Below are positions 27,766-33,343 of a DNA stretch of 33,343 nucleotides, one piece after another. Positions within the stretch are counted from its first letter, which is position 1. Every line of letters begins with the position of its first letter. The notes under the pieces were generated by a model. The model was not told where the DNA came from, did not search any database, and saw nothing but the letters and a program-made list of their open reading frames with translations. This DNA comes from Helicobacteraceae bacterium (GTDB taxonomy: Bacteria > Campylobacterota > Campylobacteria > Campylobacterales > Sulfurimonadaceae), in assembly GCA_024635885.1 (NCBI GenBank), contig JAGXIA010000090.1:1-33343 (forward strand), read 5' to 3'. The translations under genes and the position numbers were made by a program.

Positions 27766-29688
27766 CTAGAAATTTATAATTTCCCCATCTTTAACTATTT
27801 TAGGCTTCCATTTAGCGCAATATTCGCCTATTTCCTTAATTATTTCTTCTATAAATGATGGCTTTATATGATTTATATATAGATTAACATCATCTCTTTT
27901 TAAACTTTCAAGCATATATGCAAGTAGTTTAGGTGTTAGGTGCTTACTCTCTTTTGCAAGCAGTTCCATATGTGAAGGAAAGGAACACTCTAATACAATT
28001 GATTTTATTGACTTATCATTATTGACAATATTGAGTGTATTCTCTAATGAGTAGGTATCAGCCGTTATTAGAACTGCAGAATTTCCTTTTTTATACACAT
28101 ACCCGCAACTTGCAACTGTATGATCAGTTTTAAAAGCTCTTATTGATTCATTTGCAGATAATGTATATTCTTTATCAAGTTCAATTTCTCTGTAATTTAT
28201 ACACATGCCATTCATATTAGAAAGCGGTATTTTAGAAAAATCGGGCCAAATCAGATCATTTAGAAAATGTTTTTGTATCGCGTGTATAGTTGCTGGAAGT
28301 CCACATATATTTATTGTTTTATCGATGGATGCATAATAGTTGTCTATTATGTATGCAATATCAGATATATGATCCAGATGGGAATGTGTTATCCATATGT
28401 TTTCAATTTTTGCTGATTCTTCTTCCATAGCTACTAAAAGATTTCCGGCATCTATTACATTTTCTTTGTTCAGATAAAAAGAACTTGTACCAAAGCCTTT
28501 GGCTTTTGTTCCATATGCTCCCAAAGCAATTATTTTATTGCCTGTTTCTTCTTCTTTATTTTGGGAATCTATATAATCGTCTTTGAAAGTATCTCTTATT
28601 TCAAAAAACTTATCTAAGTTTTCAAAAAACATATCTACAAGAGTAGGATCAAAATGCTCACCCCGTTCTTCTCTAAAAAGTTTCAGTATTTTTTCATCGT
28701 CCCAGGCTTTTTTATAAACTCGATCGCTTCCTAGAGCATCAAAAACATCTGCGATTGCCGTTATTCTTCCATATATATGAATATCTTCACCGCTTTTACC
28801 CTGAGGGTATCCTTTTCCGTTGTATTTTTCATGATGCTCATAAGCTACTATTGAAGCAGCTTTTAAGAGTGGTCGTTCAGAATTATTTGTCATGTTGTAA
28901 CCTAATTCAGCATGCGTATCCATTATTTTTCTTTCTTGGTCATTAAATCTGCCCGGCTTATTTAAAATAGCATCAGGGATGGCTACCTTTCCTATGTCAT
29001 GCATTGGACTTGCTTGTTTTAAGAGTTCTACTTGTTCTTTAGGCAAGCCGTAAGCTGTAGCAAGTATTTTGGAATACTCTGCAACTCTTTTAACATGGTT
29101 TCCAGTTTCTTTACTTCTACTTTCAGCAACTGCGCCCATAGTAAAAACTACTTCTCTCTGAGTATCTTCAATCTCTTGGGTTAATTTAGCTGAGGCAAGC
29201 GTTTCTGCAGCATATGTACTGGCTAACATTAACCTTTGCATATCTCTGTTATCAAAAACACCTTTTTCATTTCTGCTGTTTATTGCCTGAAAAGCACCGA
29301 TTATTTCAGCATCACTGTTATACATTGGGATAACCATCATGCTCTTCGTTTTATATCCGGTTATCTTATCTATCTCTGAGTTAAATCTATCATCTTTATA
29401 TACATCATCAATCATAATTTTTTGAGAGTTTTTTATAGCAGTTCCAACAATTCCGGAATCAATTGGAATTTCTATAGGTTCCATACCATGAGCAACTTTA
29501 GTCCAAATCTTCTTCTTGTCATCACTTACAACCCATACAGTACATCTGTCAGCGCGTGTAAGTGCTCGGCCCATGTCAGCAAGAACTATAAGAATTTCAT
29601 CATGTTTTCTAAGTGACGTTACTTCTGTTAAATATGTAAATATTAATTCTAGTATCTCATTTGCGTCTAAATTTCTGGCATACTTCAT
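27766..29688 (-). CDS. GAF + HD-GYP + class II (MBL-fold) cyclic-nucleotide phosphodiesterase fusion protein
   Basis: GAF (DDVYKDDRFNSEIDKITGYKTKSMMVIP); HD-GYP (ETGNH, HDIGK, HHEKYNGKGYP, ADVFDAL, RVYK); MBL (VIDAG, THSHLDH, NDLIWPDF, HTV, ECSFP, HLTP, HIKP). Confidence 0.9.
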   Translation of the reverse strand: MKYARNLDANEILELIFTYLTEVTSLRKHDEILIVLADMGRALTRADRCTVWVVSDDKKKIWTKVAHGMEPIEIPIDSGIVGTAIKNSQKIMIDDVYKDDRFNSEIDKITGYKTKSMMVIPMYNSDAEIIGAFQAINSRNEKGVFDNRDMQRLMLASTYAAETLASAKLTQEIEDTQREVVFTMGAVAESRSKETGNHVKRVAEYSKILATAYGLPKEQVELLKQASPMHDIGKVAIPDAILNKPGRFNDQERKIMDTHAELGYNMTNNSERPLLKAASIVAYEHHEKYNGKGYPQGKSGEDIHIYGRITAIADVFDALGSDRVYKKAWDDEKILKLFREERGEHFDPTLVDMFFENLDKFFEIRDTFKDDYIDSQNKEEETGNKIIALGAYGTKAKGFGTSSFYLNKENVIDAGNLLVAMEEESAKIENIWITHSHLDHISDIAYIIDNYYASIDKTINICGLPATIHAIQKHFLNDLIWPDFSKIPLSNMNGMCINYREIELDKEYTLSANESIRAFKTDHTVASCGYVYKKGNSAVLITADTYSLENTLNIVNNDKSIKSIVLECSFPSHMELLAKESKHLTPKLLAYMLESLKRDDVNLYINHIKPSFIEEIIKEIGEYCAKWKPKIVKDGEIINF

Positions 29689-29706
29689 CTTTTATACAAT
29701 CTCCCT

Positions 29707-31752
29707 TTACTTAGTAGTCATTTTATGAACACCCCAGGGGTGTTTTTCTTTTATAAGTTCTAAAAAATGTTTTGATGGATTATCATCATAATTTTTCACT
29801 AGCGCAGTAAACATTATTTGGGCCTGTGTAAAATCACCGCTTATGTAAACTTCTAAGGCTTCATCATAAAGCTTTTTAATCTCTTTAGACTTTTCGTCTG
29901 ATGGCATCAGTTCATAGAGCAATACAGCTTTATCTTTACCTTTGACTATTACAGGTTCAATTTTTCTATATACAAAATCTTTTGTAAGTTTTGCTACTGT
30001 AAATTCCGTTATTAGAATATTTACTCCGTAGTTTTTAGTTAAGCCTTCTACACGTGAGGAGAGGTTAACTCCATCCCCGATTACCGTATAGTTAAACCTT
30101 GTCTCTGAGCCCATATTTCCAACAACTACTTCCGCCGTATTCAGCCCTATACCGATTCTAATAGGAGCAATTCCCTCTGCAGCCAGCTGACTATTCAATT
30201 TATCTAATCTGGCAATCATTTCCAAGGCTGTATCGCATCCTACATTTGCATGTTCTTTAACATCTACAGGTGCGTTAAAAAATGCCATTACTGCGTCGCC
30301 TATATATTTGTCTAACATTCCGCCATGCTCTAATACAGAATTTGTCATTGGGGTGAAATATCTGTTTAAGAGATTAATCAGACTAACCGGATCCATGGAT
30401 TCAGAGATTGTTGTAAAACCTCTAATATCACTAAAAAGAATCGTTAACTCTTTTTTCTCTCCGCCAAGAGCAAGAGCTTCGGGGTTTTGTATAAGCTGGT
30501 CAAGTAAATCTGCTGAGAGGTAACTTGAAAAGGCATCTCTCATAAAACGCCCCCCTTTTTCTTGAATGCTAAACGCAAGTGCTTCAACAGCAGTAATGCT
30601 TAGTATAAGAGAAACAAGAGGATAAAACAAATCTATATAAATCATATCTGCAACAAAAAGATATCGTATAAAGGCGTATATCAGCAAATAAACAATTATA
30701 TTTAAAACTGTTCTGTGTAAAATTTTCTTAAACAGTAAAACCAAAATAAATGGTAAAAACACCATGAATACTATCAAGACTTCGCTAATATGTTTAGGCT
30801 CGACTATAAGATGGTTTTCAAGTAAATTTGAAATAAAAGTATAATGAAGTAAGGCTCCGGGGATTGAACCCATAGGAGTGCTTACAACATCGCCGGCACC
30901 AACTTCTGTAATGCCCAAAATAACAATTTTACCTTTAAAGAATTCCGCTTTTATTTTTTGCTGTGCAAGATCCAAAAACGAGACTATCTTATACTGCTCA
31001 GGTTTGTAAAAATTAAGTCTTATAAAACCTTTGTCATTAATACCGATTAGTTTATCGTTTATTTCCACATGCCGAGCATCCACTCTTTTCACATCACTGT
31101 CAAACTTAAGTCTTAAACCTTGAATGGCTAGGGAAGGATATAAAAGATTTTGAAAGTACATAGAAACAGGGTAAAAACGAAGTAAGTGGTCGCTCTGTGA
31201 AAGTGTTGAAAAACTTCCGCTAAGACTACAAGATTTTAAAATCGGTAATATATTCATCTCTGCATATGGGGCTGATATGAAAGATGGATTTTTATGCTCT
31301 TGAACTTGCGACTGGAGCAAATCCAAAGAAGAATCACTTAATGCCTCAAGCTCTGAATCAGTTATGGTTTGTGTGGAGTTATGTCTAAGAAAAAAGCCGC
31401 AGACGCTACTGTTTAAACCAGATATCGATTCGGCCAAGGCATTGTCTTCTTCCTCACTTGTCGGCTCTGAAAAAATCATATCCATTAAAACAACATCAGC
31501 CAGAGCTAAACCATCAATCCCTTTTGCTAAAATTTCTCTGTTCCATGGCCATCTGCCATATACGTTAACACTTGGTTCATCAACAGCAACAAAAACCACC
31601 TCTTTACTTGGTGTTTTATCTTGAAGTGCAAAATTTATATCATTAAAACGAAAAGAAAAACTTTCAAAGGGTTCAACTTTGTATATCTCTAATACAAGAG
31701 TTATCACCAATATAGGTATAAGCAGACCAATGTATAAAAGTTTTTCTTTCAT
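29707..31752 (-). CDS. CHASE2-domain class III adenylate cyclase
   Basis: N-terminal TM, CHASE2 (GRWPWNR, DMIFSEP, GKIVILG, TPMG..PG), three TMs, cyclase core FSDIRGFT / DKYIGD / YTVIGDGVNLSSR, TPR-like tail. Confidence 0.93.
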   Translation of the reverse strand: MKEKLLYIGLLIPILVITLVLEIYKVEPFESFSFRFNDINFALQDKTPSKEVVFVAVDEPSVNVYGRWPWNREILAKGIDGLALADVVLMDMIFSEPTSEEEDNALAESISGLNSSVCGFFLRHNSTQTITDSELEALSDSSLDLLQSQVQEHKNPSFISAPYAEMNILPILKSCSLSGSFSTLSQSDHLLRFYPVSMYFQNLLYPSLAIQGLRLKFDSDVKRVDARHVEINDKLIGINDKGFIRLNFYKPEQYKIVSFLDLAQQKIKAEFFKGKIVILGITEVGAGDVVSTPMGSIPGALLHYTFISNLLENHLIVEPKHISEVLIVFMVFLPFILVLLFKKILHRTVLNIIVYLLIYAFIRYLFVADMIYIDLFYPLVSLILSITAVEALAFSIQEKGGRFMRDAFSSYLSADLLDQLIQNPEALALGGEKKELTILFSDIRGFTTISESMDPVSLINLLNRYFTPMTNSVLEHGGMLDKYIGDAVMAFFNAPVDVKEHANVGCDTALEMIARLDKLNSQLAAEGIAPIRIGIGLNTAEVVVGNMGSETRFNYTVIGDGVNLSSRVEGLTKNYGVNILITEFTVAKLTKDFVYRKIEPVIVKGKDKAVLLYELMPSDEKSKEIKKLYDEALEVYISGDFTQAQIMFTALVKNYDDNPSKHFLELIKEKHPWGVHKMTTK

Positions 31753-31757
31753 ACCTT

Positions 31758-32459
31758 TTACTTCATTGCATTAATTAATTTTTCAAAACGTTCAAACTCT
31801 GCCTCGTCTTCTTTACTCCAGGCATCTTCATTTACTTTTTGACCATTAAATGAAACACGGTTTCCTGCTTCTAAATCAAACTCTTTTGTTGACTCTGCTA
31901 CAGCATATTTATTTTGTTCATTTTTATACTTTTCAAACTCTGATTGCTGGTCTGAAACATAGTTGTTAAACTCTTCTTGCACTTTTTTTCTATAAAGTTC
32001 AAACTCTTCTTTTATGCTTTTTATTCCGATGAGACCTTCTTTGAGTGTAACGGAAGCATTTTCAGTAGCATTGACAACAAAAGTTGTACCCTTAATGCCA
32101 ATAATAGCAAACGGTGTTTTAATTTTTAAAGAATTTTTTGCATCTCTGGATGTTATTTTATAAAATATCTTCCCATCTTGCTGTTCAATAAAATTATCAG
32201 AACTAAAGTGCACACTTGAACTTGCATCTAAAACGACAGATGAACCATCACGCAGTTTTATAAGCACCGAAGCTTTTTTAGCGGTAGTTATCAAATCACC
32301 CGCTTTAATTTCAAGCCCAGATACAACTTTACTTTTTTTAATAGAACCCTCATTCTTGACTTTTACGTTCCCTTCTAACTTTTCAACACTTCCAAGAACT
32401 GTATTGGCATTGGCGAAGGTAAAAAAAGCCATTAAAACAGATAATAAAAATACTCTCAT
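31758..32459 (-). CDS. Exported FecR-domain protein
   Basis: Signal peptide ending ANA, GDLITT, DGSSVVL, IKTP.AIIGIKGTTF, VTLKEG; start probably ATG 32459 (GGGGTTGATT upstream), track gives 32471. Confidence 0.85.
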   Translation of the reverse strand: MRVFLLSVLMAFFTFANANTVLGSVEKLEGNVKVKNEGSIKKSKVVSGLEIKAGDLITTAKKASVLIKLRDGSSVVLDASSSVHFSSDNFIEQQDGKIFYKITSRDAKNSLKIKTPFAIIGIKGTTFVVNATENASVTLKEGLIGIKSIKEEFELYRKKVQEEFNNYVSDQQSEFEKYKNEQNKYAVAESTKEFDLEAGNRVSFNGQKVNEDAWSKEDEAEFERFEKLINAMK

Positions 32460-32487
32460 AATCAACCCCATTTGTATATTTGTGTTG

Positions 32488-32496
32488 ATTATATCA
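32488..32496 (-). promoter_or_regulatory. Extended -10 promoter of the FecR-cyclase-PDE operon
   Basis: Perfect TGaTATAAT. Confidence 0.65.
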
Positions 32497-32503
32497 TTAA
32501 TAT

Positions 32504-32512
32504 TGGTACAAT
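32504..32512 (+). promoter_or_regulatory. Extended -10 promoter of yaaA
   Basis: TGgTACAAT, 39 nt upstream of the ATG; back-to-back with the operon promoter. Confidence 0.55.
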
Positions 32513-32551
32513 TAGATAAAAATTAACTCCGTATTTATAAAAGGGAAATAT

Positions 32552-33277
32552 ATGTTAAAAGTACTATTTTCACCATCTGAGGGAAAACAAAGTGGTGGTA
32601 ATGAGTCAAAAACAGAGTTACTCGGCTCAAATAAAGCAAGAGAAGAAATTTTAAATGAATACAACAACTTAATTAAAAATTCCAGTGAAGAAGAGATATG
32701 TAATCTTTTTGGATTTAAAAAGTACAGTGAATGTCAGCCATATATGAACGACATTTTTTCTTCACCTTTGATGGCTTCTATAGAGAGATATAAAGGAGTT
32801 GCCTATGATTACCTTGAATATAATTCGCTGGAGAAAAAAGTACAAGAGTATTTAAAAACGAACACCATCATCTTTTCTAACCTTTATGGCCCTATACTTG
32901 GCGGTGACGCGATTGCAAACTACAAAGTAAAGCAAGGGAACAATGTAGGAAATTTTATTCCGGACAAATTTTATAAAGACAGATTTACCTACCAACTCGA
33001 TTTGTATCTTAATAATGATGAGATTTTAGACCTTCGAGCAGGCTATTATGACAAGTTTTATAAAATTACAAAACCATACACTACTCTGAAATTTTTAAAG
33101 AATGGAAAAACTGTAAGTCACTGGGCAAAGGCTTATAGAGGCATTGTCTTAAGAGAAGTAGCGAAACATGACATAAACTCTTTAGATGAGTTTATGTCAT
33201 TGGAAATAGAAGGCTTAAGCGTTGAAGAGATACAAGTTACTAAAAATAAAAGAGAGATTATTTACAATATTGTTTAA
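32552..33277 (+). CDS. yaaA: YaaA/DUF328 peroxide-stress DNA-binding protein
   Basis: SPSEGK, ERYKGVAY, IFSNLYG, KTVSHWAKAYRG. Confidence 0.85.
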   Translation: MLKVLFSPSEGKQSGGNESKTELLGSNKAREEILNEYNNLIKNSSEEEICNLFGFKKYSECQPYMNDIFSSPLMASIERYKGVAYDYLEYNSLEKKVQEYLKTNTIIFSNLYGPILGGDAIANYKVKQGNNVGNFIPDKFYKDRFTYQLDLYLNNDEILDLRAGYYDKFYKITKPYTTLKFLKNGKTVSHWAKAYRGIVLREVAKHDINSLDEFMSLEIEGLSVEEIQVTKNKREIIYNIV

Positions 33278-33343
33278 GCATCAATGAGTTGATGAGGCCT
33301 TATTACATTGTCATCAATCAGAGCTTTAATGAGTTTTTGTTTC
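33274..33343 (-). CDS. Probable 3' end of a convergent gene entering from the right edge
   Basis: Open frame ...KQKLIKALIDDNVIRPHQLIDA-stop whose stop overlaps the yaaA stop; too short to identify. Confidence 0.4.
   Translation of the reverse strand, partial: KQKLIKALIDDNVIRPHQLIDA

Noticed and set aside
28755-31624. Plus-strand ORFs inside the PDE and cyclase genes
   Set aside because: Antisense shadows with no motifs
27766-31752. Cyclase plus MBL/HD proteins as an anti-phage system (Pycsar/CBASS-like)
   Set aside because: The cyclase is a membrane CHASE2 sensor with adenine-specifying residues; no TIR, pore-forming or nuclease effector is present
27634-32500. Signalling operon as a tRNA-integrated genomic island
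   Set aside because: It lies on the 5' side of the tRNAs; no integrase, no duplicated tRNA 3' end, no obvious compositional break
33279-33294. CATCAA-TGAG-TTGATG hairpin as the yaaA terminator
   Set aside because: Weak 6-bp stem, no U-tract, and it probably lies within a convergent coding region

Overview
An AT-rich chromosomal window from a Campylobacterota (epsilon-proteobacterial) bacterium. The gene order, the sigma-54 box upstream of flgB, the frameshift-free prfB and the separate but overlapping rpoB/rpoC fit a free-living, Sulfurimonas-like organism; this is an inference, not a database result. From left to right: priA (runs off the left edge), two tandem type IV/pseudopilin genes, a sigma-54 flgB-flgC-fliE-ftsI operon, panC, prfB, a Bpt/ATE-like aminoacyl transferase and three hypothetical proteins. 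Next comes the conserved minus-strand cluster tRNA-Thr/Tyr/Gly/Thr, tuf, rpmG, tRNA-Trp, secE, nusG, rplKAJL, rpoB, rpoC, rpsL, rpsG, fusA, and yaaA lies near the right edge. The most unusual element is a three-gene minus-strand operon at 27766-32459. It encodes an exported FecR-domain protein, a CHASE2 class III adenylate cyclase, and a single polypeptide fusing GAF, an intact HD-GYP domain and a class II (MBL-fold) cAMP phosphodiesterase. Together these form a candidate self-contained cAMP to c-di-GMP cross-talk module. Several intergenic RNA/DNA structures also deserve checking: an H-type pseudoknot before rplA, stacked palindromes between rpsG and fusA, and REP-like hairpins. No CRISPR array, rRNA, transposase or integrase was seen.
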